Made by a program: the position numbers and the translations under genes
Assembly: GCA_964645485.1 (NCBI GenBank)
Contig: CAZXZO010000004.1
Span: 14,740 to 78,739, forward strand
Direction of reading: 5' to 3'
Source of the DNA: an uncultured Candidatus Poseidoniales archaeon
GTDB lineage: Archaea > Thermoplasmatota > Poseidoniia > Poseidoniales > Thalassarchaeaceae
DNA length: 64,000 bases
In this document: positions 1 through 9,548 of the stretch, piece by piece
Numbering within the stretch: the first letter of the stretch is position 1
Layout: every line of letters starts with the position of its first letter
Notes under the pieces: model-generated
What the model saw: the letters and a program-made list of their open reading frames with translations, nothing else
Database searches by the model: none
What the model was told of the DNA's origin: nothing

Positions 1-40
1 ATGAAGTGGTAAGGCTTCATCCCGGTATTGAGGGCTTTGA

Positions 41-343
41 ATGAGTAGTGGTGGATGGGCTAATATTTACAATCTAACAGATGAACAAATCAACCTCCTT
101 GATGAGGCAGAAAAGAAGATGGAAATGCATGATTTAACCGGAGCCGAAGAACTACTTCTTGGGATGCTTGAAGAAGATGGTGATTGCATTCCTGTATTGA
201 GCAACCTCGGTAATTTGTATGGGAAGTATTTTTCGGAGTTTGAAAAGGCTGTAGAATATTATGATAAGGTCCTAACACTAGAGCCCGATAATGCTTGGGC
301 GAGAGATGAGAGAAGGCGGTATCAACGCTATTCTTCGTACTAA
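41..343 (+). CDS. small tetratricopeptide-repeat protein
   Basis: 100 aa; TPR consensus (VLSNLGNLYGKY..EFEKAVEYYDKVLTLEPDNAWA). Confidence 0.85.
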   Translation: MSSGGWANIYNLTDEQINLLDEAEKKMEMHDLTGAEELLLGMLEEDGDCIPVLSNLGNLYGKYFSEFEKAVEYYDKVLTLEPDNAWARDERRRYQRYSSY

Positions 344-410
344 TATCGTGCCTTGAACACAGGTAATTGTTAGGGAAACATCAATCGCTTGCCTGCACAA
401 CGGAGAGTTT

Positions 411-1313
411 GTGCATGATGGTAGTCTATTGATTGCAGGCGTTGGCGGCCTTGGTTCACAGTGGGCTAAAAGAGCCCACGCCCGATGTGCAGATGAATGT
501 GATTTGCTACTAGTAGATGCAGATGAATCTTCCTTTGAGGATTCACGACACGCACATTGTTTGCCACTTGGTGATTCTTCTGATGCTGGATGTGCAGCAC
601 TTCCAGAATTAGCGGCTTCACATTACATGAAAGCCTCTGCAATAATGGAAAAAATTCTAGAACCTGTGGAATTAATGATATTACTCACATCACTTGGAGG
701 TGGAGTTGGTTCTGGTGCTGCACCGGCATTGGCTGCCCAGGCATCTCGAAAAGGGGCACTTGTAATTACGATTGCAGCGATGCCATTTGAAGAACATATA
801 GCGAGATGTGAAATTGCTGTTCCTGCATTCAATCGGCTAGAGGATTCATCTGATGTTTGTGCTCAACTTTCCTTGGACCGTTTGGCATGGCAGGCTCGTA
901 GCCGAGGAGTGGATTGGAGAATCCGTCCATCATGGGTAGAAGAGTTAGTTCAGGGATTGGTCTTGACACTTGGGCAAGTCGGGATAATCAACCTTGATTT
1001 GATGGATCTACGTTCAGTAGTTCAAAGAAAAGGAGGGGCCACGATGATTGTTGCAGAAGGCGAGGCAAATGACCCTGAGGGACTTTTCCTCAAAGCCCTC
1101 GCGGCTCCTTTAGCAGGATTGGAGGTTATCGGCGCGAGTGGTTGCCTCTTACAACTTGAAGGTGGAAGGCAAATGTCGATTTATCAAATGGAACAAGTGG
1201 CTGATGCTTTCACGCGGGGATTAACTGAAGACGCACAAGTAATTCTAGGTGCAAGGCATTCCGATGATTTAGATGGGAAGATGAGAGTAGTTGCCGTAGT
1301 AAGTGGGCTCTGA
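411..1313 (+). CDS. ftsZ: divergent FtsZ/tubulin-family GTPase (core only, no tails)
   Basis: GVGGLG N-terminal loop, signature variant GGGVGSGAAP, MPF..R motif, T7 loop GIINLDLMD, C-terminal domain ending VVAVVSGL; GTG start. Confidence 0.75.
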   Translation: MHDGSLLIAGVGGLGSQWAKRAHARCADECDLLLVDADESSFEDSRHAHCLPLGDSSDAGCAALPELAASHYMKASAIMEKILEPVELMILLTSLGGGVGSGAAPALAAQASRKGALVITIAAMPFEEHIARCEIAVPAFNRLEDSSDVCAQLSLDRLAWQARSRGVDWRIRPSWVEELVQGLVLTLGQVGIINLDLMDLRSVVQRKGGATMIVAEGEANDPEGLFLKALAAPLAGLEVIGASGCLLQLEGGRQMSIYQMEQVADAFTRGLTEDAQVILGARHSDDLDGKMRVVAVVSGL

Positions 1314-2897
1314 CTAATCCATTAAATCGACAACATCATCTGGGATTTCGAGGTCATCTAAGTCTATGACCTCTTCTTGAGAGTGTGGCTCTTTAACCTC
1401 AAGTACATCATCAAGTGCTTCCAAATCACTGGCTCCTACCGGGTTTGCTTCTGGAATTGCATCTTCATCAGGCGCTTTCAAATCACTGACTTCAACGGCG
1501 TTTGCTTCTGTAATTGCATCTTCATCAGGCGCTTTCAAATCACTGACTTCAACGGCGTTTGCTTCTGTAATTGCATCTTCATCAGGCGCTTTCAAATCAC
1601 TGACTTCACCTGCGTTCGCTTCTCGATTTGCACCATCAACCGTTTGTAATTCAGTCGCTGGAATCTCGATGTCATCCCGTTCTTCTTGCATGGCTTGAGG
1701 AGGATTTTGAACCCGATTTTTATGATTTCTTAGGGTTTTAGGATGAATCATAATTAGTGTAATTGCAGTAACTAAATGTCCAATTGCCATCGTTGTTGCA
1801 AGGTTTCCTCCTCCAACAGAATTACTGAGATTGGTAATCATTGCGATACTTCCCGCATACCCAAATCCAAATGCTAATCCCCAGAATAGCGCATTCTGAG
1901 AAGTGAAAATTTTCCCACCTCGATTTACATCACGACTTGCCAATGACCAAATAGCCAAGAGTACCGTTAAGATCATCAAAATAAATTCTTCAATAATCAT
2001 TGTGAATGCTTGTGGCTCATCAATAAGTCTCCGCCACGCACTGGCAAGATGCCAAGTGACAAACACCTGCGAAATTACACCCCATCTTGTTGCAAATCTA
2101 GCACCACCTTTTGTTGTAGATACATCAATTATTGTATCCTTCATCCAGTAAATCATCCCTACTTGGATTGTAATAGCCAGAATGATGAAACCGATCCATT
2201 TCAACTGCTCACTTGTTTCACCTTGAAATCCAGAACTAAATCCGTATCCAATCAATATTGCAACAGCCGATACAGCCGAGATTTGCCATGCCGATGTACC
2301 TATTACGGTGCCTTCTCGTTGTGTATTTTGAAGAACTTTTTTTCCGCTAGACAGCCACGCTGAAGTACCAGATTTGAATGATATCCCTTGGCCTATAGAC
2401 CAAAGCAGGAAGAGCGAAGCGAGGGATAATGGGATCCATGTAGCCCAGTTAGAGTTCCCATTGACCAACTGTAATAATCCAAAGCAAATTAGGCCACTCA
2501 ATAGTAATGGCAGAGTCCACGCTCTTAATGACCTGAGAAGCAGAGATTTGAACCAGGAATCGGCGGCCAATCCTTCAACTCTAACCATTCTAGCAGCGAA
2601 ATCCCAGCGTGTCGACATTGCAGTTAAGGAATAACCAAATGAAAGTGAAATGAATCCTATCGCTGCATACAAATTTGCCGAATCTGGTCCTTGAGCAAGT
2701 GCATAAAGTACAGTTGAGAGAATTAGAAGAAGTAGGATGTGAGGAAGAGTCTTCAAATCCATTAATGTGGCAATTAATTGCATTAATCCAAATTTTGGTT
2801 CTTCAACAATGGTGTTTTCTACTGAGAAATTGGGCGAAATTGATTCATTATCTCCGGAGATATGGCTCGAAGCAACATCCTCAACCATATCGGCCAT
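1314..2897 (-). CDS. multi-pass membrane protein with acidic repeat-containing C-terminal tail
   Basis: 527 aa, about 10-11 hydrophobic segments, then a D/E-rich tail with 19-aa repeats. Confidence 0.8.
   Translation of the reverse strand: MADMVEDVASSHISGDNESISPNFSVENTIVEEPKFGLMQLIATLMDLKTLPHILLLLILSTVLYALAQGPDSANLYAAIGFISLSFGYSLTAMSTRWDFAARMVRVEGLAADSWFKSLLLRSLRAWTLPLLLSGLICFGLLQLVNGNSNWATWIPLSLASLFLLWSIGQGISFKSGTSAWLSSGKKVLQNTQREGTVIGTSAWQISAVSAVAILIGYGFSSGFQGETSEQLKWIGFIILAITIQVGMIYWMKDTIIDVSTTKGGARFATRWGVISQVFVTWHLASAWRRLIDEPQAFTMIIEEFILMILTVLLAIWSLASRDVNRGGKIFTSQNALFWGLAFGFGYAGSIAMITNLSNSVGGGNLATTMAIGHLVTAITLIMIHPKTLRNHKNRVQNPPQAMQEERDDIEIPATELQTVDGANREANAGEVSDLKAPDEDAITEANAVEVSDLKAPDEDAITEANAVEVSDLKAPDEDAIPEANPVGASDLEALDDVLEVKEPHSQEEVIDLDDLEIPDDVVDLMD
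1444..1614. repeat. 3 tandem copies of a 57-bp coding unit (plus degenerate flanking partial copies)
   Basis: unit tttgcttctgtaattgcatcttcatcaggcgctttcaaatcactgacttcaacggcg at 1501; near-identical copies at 1444 and 1558; encodes EANAVEVSDLKAPDEDAIT on the minus strand. Confidence 0.95.
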
Positions 2898-2949
2898 GAT
2901 ATCTCCAAGGGTCCACTCCTGTTAAGGGCGATGCACCTTAGCGTGTAGC

Positions 2950-3255
2950 ATGGCCAAGTTACGAAAGGCAGCCCGTCCCAAGCGCCGATGGATTGGCTTG
3001 GCAGTTGATGAGTCAATCGAAAGTAGGAGTGAATTAGAAGAAATTTTAAGTCAAATTGATGATTTGGGAGATAGATGCAAATTGTTTGACTTTATTGGTG
3101 GTCAAGCAATAATTAGAATTCCTCTAGAGTCATATAATTCGGCAAAATCAGTTCTTGAGGCCGGGTGTAAAGGATTGGTTTCAAAGACCAGTTCGGGAAA
3201 AATTCGCTTAGTACGTGAGCGTTTGGGAATCAAAGTTTCTCGCAACAAAAGATAA
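2950..3255 (+). CDS. Rpp14/Pop5-family (RNase P protein component 2-like) protein
   Basis: 101 aa; N-terminal RPKRRWIGLAV and C-terminal TSSGKIRLVRERL resemble Pop5 (REKKRYI...SGTIKK). Confidence 0.6.
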   Translation: MAKLRKAARPKRRWIGLAVDESIESRSELEEILSQIDDLGDRCKLFDFIGGQAIIRIPLESYNSAKSVLEAGCKGLVSKTSSGKIRLVRERLGIKVSRNKR

Positions 3256-3265
3256 ATTCTCATTC

Positions 3266-5842
3266 CTAATGTTTTCCAGCCCAACTATCCTCAACAGATA
3301 AGGCCTTATTCTTGAGAGGTATAATCTTTCGATAGACTTCAGAAGGAGAGCACATCTCTCCACCTACCGTTAATAATCGGGCAAGAGGGATGCCAAAATG
3401 TTCTTCGTTTTCAACTAATAACGGTTGGATAATGTCCCAATCCGCGTCAGTTAGTTCAACAAATTCGCCTCCATTCAATTGCGAGGAAGACAGCACATTG
3501 GTTGGGTCGCGAACATAAATCGCTCCGCCACTCGAGAGACTGAACAGATTTCCACCCGGATAAGGTGTATTTAGTTCAGAGATTTCCCCATTGCTTTCAA
3601 ACTTGAGTCCGTTGACTACAACGAATCCGCCTCCATCTAACGGGTCTCCAGCCATGAAGGATTCAGCAAGATAGTCCAAAGCTGTGCCATTAATGACTAG
3701 TTTTGGGCTGCCAACGGAGTTTATCATAGGTCTACCAGCAGCGTTTCCTTGAACAAATAATCTACCACCTTTTGCTCCGTATCCATAACATTGCCCAACA
3801 TCTCCATGAACAACTAAAGTTCCTGCCTTGTGAATTTGGGCTACTTGATCCTGTGCATTTCCATGCATGTGAATAGTCATTCCATCACTACCACTACCAA
3901 GGTAGTCGCCAACACTTCCGAAGACGTCGATTCTCACATCTGAGGTCTCCATACCAAATCCGTTGCCAATGAACCGGTGTCCATGACAATGTGTAACGAC
4001 AAAGTTACTCCATCCTGTATTGTACAACGCCACTAACTCTCGAGCAAGAGATTCCGTTCCTTCAATCGGATAAGGTCGTGCGTCTACAACAATTGCTTGG
4101 CCTTCGTTTTGAGGTTCAGGTAGGTGGCCAGGGGATTTTTGGCCAGAGAAATGTTCGCATGGAGTTGTCCCAGCATGATTCAAAATCCCCATTATTGCGT
4201 CTTCAACGCAATCTAACCATCGGCTTGTTCGTAGACTTCCTGTGTCATATTTTCTGTTCAATAGGAGGCATAGCAAGTCGATTGATTGTTTCCTTGAATG
4301 TTGGCTAGCATTGGAGCCTATTTCTGCAAGAAGGGCACGAGCAGCAGGCCAATCAAGGTCAGGGAAAGCAGTTACAATCTGCCCGAAGACTTCGATTGGT
4401 GTCCACTCAGTTGGCCAATCAAATCCTGAATCCATTGCTGCTGGTTCAATCTCAAAGTTGCCTTCTGGTTTTGTATCAACGATTGCACCAAATTTGTTGC
4501 TCATGATTAGTTCATGTCCGCCATTTTCATCAGGTTTTACATCAAATATGAATGAGCCTCCATCTGTGTAAGAGCCGCCTCTAGCATTCCAGTATTCGTC
4601 ACAACGGCGCCAGAATCGCTTATCTTCGGATGATAAGCTTTCTAATACTGCATCGATAACTTGCTTTTCGCTACCACAAAAAGCGATGCCGACCTCACCA
4701 CGCTGGTAAGAGAAAACTTGCGGCCTTAACATGCTGGTATCAGTTATTCCAATTAATTGATGAGTCAGGCCATCTGCTTTGGCGATTATGAAGAACCAAG
4801 GTCCATCTGGTGAGCCATGAATGTGGGTTTTTTGGATTGCTTCGTAAATCTCTTGTTTTTCGTCAGGCAGCATCACAAAATCAAGTTCGCCTGTGGGCGC
4901 TAAACTCTCTATCACATATTCCATCGGGTATCCGTATACTCGAGAATGGAGGTCAAAACCGAGTGCTGCTACTTCAGTATCTGTGAAGAAGAGCGGTTCC
5001 ATTCCTCTTTGGCCAAGATAGTCCTTGACTGAAACATAATTTGAGAAATCCCCGTTGTGTACAAGAGCAACGTCAACACCCTGTCCAAATGGGTGTGCAC
5101 CACCTGGGTGAGTTACCCTGCCTCTTGTTGGGTAGCGGTGGTGTCCAATCCAAACATGTGCTGTTACGTCATCTAGTCTATAGTACCGAATCACGTCTTC
5201 AGCATATCCGACAATCTTGAGAATAATCATATTTTGTCCATGACTTAGAACGAACGCATCTGCTCTTTGTTCCTTAGCATAAAATTCAACATTTAATTTG
5301 TGAGTATTCTGGAAGACCATTTCATCCCACATGGTTTTTTTGTTGGCGAAATCTGATTCTGTCAGATTTCCATCGGAGAGGAATTTTTCCACAGCGGCTG
5401 GTTTTGGCCTTATGAAATAACAAACAACATTTGGTGGTTGCACATCTAGATTTTCAAGTTCTTTCCAATTATCCAGAGTGGATACTTCATGAGTGTGGTC
5501 AACATCAAAATTTGAATTAATGAATTGTTCCTCAACATCTTTTCGCACTGAATCATCTAAGTAAGCAACTGCATACAAGTAATCATTTTTGAGAATCTCA
5601 GGGCTAACACCGAACTGTTCATGGTCAAGTCCAACCATTGCTACTCCGCCGCCTTTTCCGTTTCCACGGTTACGCATTTGTTCAAGTGAATTGAATAGAT
5701 GGCGTCCAGCAACTGGGATTTCACATGCCAAACCAACAACTCCACAACCTCCTTCGGCTGCATCGTCTTCATTCAACTCAAACTTTGGTAAACGGCTGTT
5801 CATTAATCGCCTTGAATCAAGAAGTGCTTCTGCATTCTTCAT
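3266..5842 (-). CDS. glutamate synthase subunit: class II glutamine amidotransferase domain fused to GXGXG (C-terminal) domain
   Basis: propeptide then CGVVG (Ntn Cys), HHRYPT, VHNGD, TDTE; C-terminal GSVGDYLG, GNAQDQ, GDVGQCYGYGAKGG, AESFMAG repeats. Confidence 0.9.
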   Translation of the reverse strand: MKNAEALLDSRRLMNSRLPKFELNEDDAAEGGCGVVGLACEIPVAGRHLFNSLEQMRNRGNGKGGGVAMVGLDHEQFGVSPEILKNDYLYAVAYLDDSVRKDVEEQFINSNFDVDHTHEVSTLDNWKELENLDVQPPNVVCYFIRPKPAAVEKFLSDGNLTESDFANKKTMWDEMVFQNTHKLNVEFYAKEQRADAFVLSHGQNMIILKIVGYAEDVIRYYRLDDVTAHVWIGHHRYPTRGRVTHPGGAHPFGQGVDVALVHNGDFSNYVSVKDYLGQRGMEPLFFTDTEVAALGFDLHSRVYGYPMEYVIESLAPTGELDFVMLPDEKQEIYEAIQKTHIHGSPDGPWFFIIAKADGLTHQLIGITDTSMLRPQVFSYQRGEVGIAFCGSEKQVIDAVLESLSSEDKRFWRRCDEYWNARGGSYTDGGSFIFDVKPDENGGHELIMSNKFGAIVDTKPEGNFEIEPAAMDSGFDWPTEWTPIEVFGQIVTAFPDLDWPAARALLAEIGSNASQHSRKQSIDLLCLLLNRKYDTGSLRTSRWLDCVEDAIMGILNHAGTTPCEHFSGQKSPGHLPEPQNEGQAIVVDARPYPIEGTESLARELVALYNTGWSNFVVTHCHGHRFIGNGFGMETSDVRIDVFGSVGDYLGSGSDGMTIHMHGNAQDQVAQIHKAGTLVVHGDVGQCYGYGAKGGRLFVQGNAAGRPMINSVGSPKLVINGTALDYLAESFMAGDPLDGGGFVVVNGLKFESNGEISELNTPYPGGNLFSLSSGGAIYVRDPTNVLSSSQLNGGEFVELTDADWDIIQPLLVENEEHFGIPLARLLTVGGEMCSPSEVYRKIIPLKNKALSVEDSWAGKH

Positions 5843-7167
5843 TCCAAATCACTCCTAGTGTAGACTAATAGGTCGGTACGACCAACCAAATCTTTGACAT
5901 CACTTAGTCCTAATTTTCGTAGGATATCTCGAAGACGCCATTGAAGAGCAGTGTAATAGTTATCTAATCTTTTTACTGCCCAATCTTGCTGTACCCATTC
6001 TTGCAATTCGATATCCGTGGTTGTCAATCCCCAAGGGCAACCTCTACCAGAAGGTCCGCCTTCACAATTTGAACAGCGAGTACAACCCATTGCAACTAAG
6101 TCACTTGTACCTAGAACAACCCCATCTGCTCCTAATGCGATGGCTTTGGCGATATCATCTGCAGTTCGGATGCCACCACTAGCAATCAAAGTTACATTCT
6201 CTCTAATTCCTTCTTTGATGAGGAATTTGTGAACTTTCGGTACTGCTAACTCAATCGGCATTGCAATATTTTTCTTGGCAATTTCTGGCGCTGCTCCAGT
6301 TCCGCCAAAGGCTCCGTCAAGGTGGATGATGTGGGCTCCAGCATAAAATGAACCAACAGCCACCATGTCAACATCGTGTGGTGTTGAAACTTTGACAGAT
6401 ATCAACGCATCAGGGTTGATTGTCTGCACCCAATCGATGTGTTTTGAGTGGTCTTCAACGGAGTAAGTTGAATGGAATGGGAATGGGCTGAAAAGGCTGA
6501 CAAATGGCACGCTGCCCCGCATCTTTGCAACCTCCTCGCCTGCTTTGGTAGCCAATAAGTGGCCGCCAAGTCCCGGTTTTGCCCCCTGGGCATATTTGAA
6601 TTCAACAATCGGGGCGGCTTGGATGGATTTTTCTTCAACACCAAATAAGCCAGTAGCAACTTGTGTAATCACGTGGTCTCTGCATTCGTACAATTCAGTG
6701 GGATAGCCACCTTCTCCAGTTGACATGTATGTATTCCAATTCTTGGCGTGGATTGCGCGCGACATCATCACATTAACCGAGACGGAACCATAAGACATCC
6801 CTCCTCCATAGATCGGGATTGCAGGGGTTAATTTCTTCCTGTGGTCACCGCGCCTATTCAGTGGAATGCTGGTTTTGATGTCTTCAGAGTGTTTGAGCCA
6901 TTTTTCTTCATCCAACATTTTGAAATCAAGTCGGTCAAATCCTCCGTTACTATCTCCGGTTTTGTAATTTAGATTTTCAGGCAGTGTTCCAGTGGCTGCC
7001 ATGTGCCAAGTGGAGAGAATCAATTCATCTGTCCAACGAGCATCTCCCAAAGCCGGTGGAATCTCAAATTCTCCAGAGGTCCGTGCTTCCATTCCATCGT
7101 GCATAAGGTGCGTAATCTTGTGTATCATCGTCTCGCTTGGGAATACTGGTAGGTTACTCTTGGCCAT
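5839..7167 (-). CDS. glutamate synthase FMN-binding subunit with 3Fe-4S motif
   Basis: MSYGSVS, STGEGG, EFKYAQGAKPGLGGHL, SVKVS, SGGIRTADDIAKAIALGAD, CTRCSNC...CPWG. Confidence 0.92.
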   Translation of the reverse strand: MAKSNLPVFPSETMIHKITHLMHDGMEARTSGEFEIPPALGDARWTDELILSTWHMAATGTLPENLNYKTGDSNGGFDRLDFKMLDEEKWLKHSEDIKTSIPLNRRGDHRKKLTPAIPIYGGGMSYGSVSVNVMMSRAIHAKNWNTYMSTGEGGYPTELYECRDHVITQVATGLFGVEEKSIQAAPIVEFKYAQGAKPGLGGHLLATKAGEEVAKMRGSVPFVSLFSPFPFHSTYSVEDHSKHIDWVQTINPDALISVKVSTPHDVDMVAVGSFYAGAHIIHLDGAFGGTGAAPEIAKKNIAMPIELAVPKVHKFLIKEGIRENVTLIASGGIRTADDIAKAIALGADGVVLGTSDLVAMGCTRCSNCEGGPSGRGCPWGLTTTDIELQEWVQQDWAVKRLDNYYTALQWRLRDILRKLGLSDVKDLVGRTDLLVYTRSDLE

Positions 7168-8678
7168 TAAATTCCACCTCCTGTGAATCCTTCAATTTCT
7201 GAAAAAGCCTCTTCCTCTAGATGGGAACACCACATTGCTCTACCCATTTCACCCCTCAATCTTCGGACTTCACGGATACCCATCGCGCCTAAGATTTCGA
7301 GCATCTGGTCTCTCCAAGACCCAGTTAAGTTGACAATTCGTTGACAAGCCCATTCATCATCGAATTTCTTGGGTAATTTTGCAGTGTATCCTTCTCTGCT
7401 TGATGTGTCTCCGCCTAATCTAGCTTGGATTGCGACGAGTAGTGGTAAGTCAAGACCAACTGCATCTAAGCCGCAGATGATTGCCTTTGGAAGATGGTCG
7501 GCAGCGATTACTCCACCGCTGTGGAGAAGTGTGACTTTATCACGTACTCCTGCTTTGATTAGCATCTCATGCGCTTCGATAATAATGTCCATGATAAATC
7601 TGCCACCATCATCTTCTCCGTGGTTATTTGCCACGAAGTGAATAACAGGAACATCAGCGGCAATCATTTCGCTGAGTTGGTCTTGCCAACCTTCTTCAAA
7701 TGCCATTCGCACTGAAATCATCAAATCCGGGTTTGAGGATACCATAGATTTGTATTCTGATGCACCCCAGTTCTCCAATTGTACCATCCTTGTGCCATTT
7801 TGGAAAGATCTCGCCGTTTCATAAGAATCAAGCGAGATGATAGGTACGACTGCAGGCGAGGCTAAATTGTTTGATGCAACCATATCTGCAGATATTAATG
7901 CCAAAGTATCAACTTGTTCGGCTGCCGTTTTCCATATTTTTGCCAAGCGAGGCGTCATGACACTTCCAGCAGGTGAATCAAATACAAATGGGACCTGAAT
8001 GCTCATCATTTTTGGTCCAGCGCTTACCAGCCCACCATCTGAATCAAATTGTAAACGCATTGGTTTTGAACCAATATCAACAACAGTGCTAATCAATTCT
8101 CTTCCATGTATCCCATCTCGGCTTGGCCGCACAATCTCAGACATGTCGGTGAACATTTCATCCCAACCAGGTCCTCCGAAACGGCCACGGTAACCTTGTC
8201 CTCTGACAGGAACTGTGCCTTTACGGGCTTCTTCATCAATTGTGGAGATTATTTTTGAATTCAAGTATGAGTCGCCCATCGATTCAAGGGCTGGATTTGG
8301 GGTGATAGTAACAAATCCGGGGTGCTCAATAGTACAACGTAAACACCCAACACATTTTTCAGGCCGAGGTGAGAATCCTCCTACAGGTCCAGAAAATACT
8401 CCGTAAGTACAGGGTCTTGCGAAAACCACATCCCACTTGCCCCAGTATTCAAAGACCTCACTAATGAGTAACTTTGCTAGTCCAAATTTTCCAACTTTGA
8501 CAAGGAATCTGTTGGGGAGAGATTGCCGGTCAGGTATTTCGATTGTATCAATGTGATAGCGATGATAACTATCCGCGCGGGTTCTAGATTGCGAAGCGAA
8601 TTCTGCCATCGTCAGTCTAGATTTTTCACTTGCTCCAATCATCGTTTGGTCTTCCTCCACTTTGTTCAGCAGTTGCAT
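7167..8678 (-). CDS. glutamate synthase-related protein: ferredoxin-like N-terminus plus degenerate FMN-type barrel
   Basis: CTYGV..CVGCLRC; GQGYRGRFGGPGWD; SGGVIAADHLPKAIICGLDAV; lacks MSYG, QGAKPG and CPxG; first gene of an operon with coupled stop/start junctions. Confidence 0.8.
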   Translation of the reverse strand: MQLLNKVEEDQTMIGASEKSRLTMAEFASQSRTRADSYHRYHIDTIEIPDRQSLPNRFLVKVGKFGLAKLLISEVFEYWGKWDVVFARPCTYGVFSGPVGGFSPRPEKCVGCLRCTIEHPGFVTITPNPALESMGDSYLNSKIISTIDEEARKGTVPVRGQGYRGRFGGPGWDEMFTDMSEIVRPSRDGIHGRELISTVVDIGSKPMRLQFDSDGGLVSAGPKMMSIQVPFVFDSPAGSVMTPRLAKIWKTAAEQVDTLALISADMVASNNLASPAVVPIISLDSYETARSFQNGTRMVQLENWGASEYKSMVSSNPDLMISVRMAFEEGWQDQLSEMIAADVPVIHFVANNHGEDDGGRFIMDIIIEAHEMLIKAGVRDKVTLLHSGGVIAADHLPKAIICGLDAVGLDLPLLVAIQARLGGDTSSREGYTAKLPKKFDDEWACQRIVNLTGSWRDQMLEILGAMGIREVRRLRGEMGRAMWCSHLEEEAFSEIEGFTGGGI

Positions 8679-8762
8679 TCACCGCCCCCCACAGGGGGCG
8701 TTGGCAGCGCGTGCCGCCTTTAATCATTGAGTTGGGCTAGTTCAGGAATTAGCCAGATAGCC

Positions 8763-8799
8763 ATGCACACGTTCATTAAACTAATGATAAAGTGTGCAT
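8763..8799. promoter_or_regulatory. nested inverted repeat upstream of the glutamate synthase operon (candidate operator)
   Basis: atgcacac (8763-70)/gtgtgcat (8792-99) enclosing tcatta/taatga; TATA-like ATTAAAG on the minus strand near 8718-8724. Confidence 0.4.
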
Positions 8800-9011
8800 A
8801 TGTTCAGTTTCCACGAAAGTAGTAATAACATTCACGCAATCAAGCGGTAACTAGATTTTGGCTATTACTTCGCATCTGATTGCAAATATTACAGCATCTT
8901 TTTGTGTCCCAGAGTTGATTCTTAATCAAGCAGGTTCTTCTAATAAACGGTCAATTATTCTTCAAACTATTCAAGGGCGATGTTCATGATGCATTGGCTG
9001 TTCGCCCATCC

Positions 9012-9545
9012 ATGGCAGGAGGGGGAGTGGGTGCAAAAGTAACCCCGCATGATATCTCAATTATAGTCGGAGCAATCGGCTTAGTCGGTGCTTTAGCAAT
9101 CTCTATGTTTGCTCTTCCAATGATGGTCGAATTTGGTGAGGTATCATCTACTCAAGAAGTGCGTTCAATTTCTGTTGGAGTTCTTGGTTCTAAAGATAAT
9201 ATTGTGGTCGAAGCATCCCCGATTTGTGAAAACAATAACACCTGTGCAATAAATAATATCAAGGTAATGAGCGAAGATGGCGCTGAATTAGCAAGGGTTT
9301 CAGATTTTGAATTCAACGAAGACGGTTCATTCTCAAGTTCAATAGATGTCGATTCAAGTGGGAAACTCACGGTAGAAATTAACGGCCAGGGGACTTGGGA
9401 GGTAGAAGTGAAAGCACAACGCCAAATCCCAATTCAATTTCTCCCCACGATATTGTCTCTTCTTCTTCTAGTCTGGGGTGTTTGGCGAAAATTTCAGGAA
9501 GGTCCAGCAGATTCAGACATTGATGAAGTCGTCGAAACAGCTTGA
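9012..9545 (+). CDS. hypothetical membrane protein (N- and C-terminal TM helices)
   Basis: hydrophobic IIVGAIGLVGALAISMFAL and ILSLLLLVWGVW; ATG 9012 preferred over TTG 8994. Confidence 0.7.
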   Translation: MAGGGVGAKVTPHDISIIVGAIGLVGALAISMFALPMMVEFGEVSSTQEVRSISVGVLGSKDNIVVEASPICENNNTCAINNIKVMSEDGAELARVSDFEFNEDGSFSSSIDVDSSGKLTVEINGQGTWEVEVKAQRQIPIQFLPTILSLLLLVWGVWRKFQEGPADSDIDEVVETA

Positions 9546-9548
9546 TTT

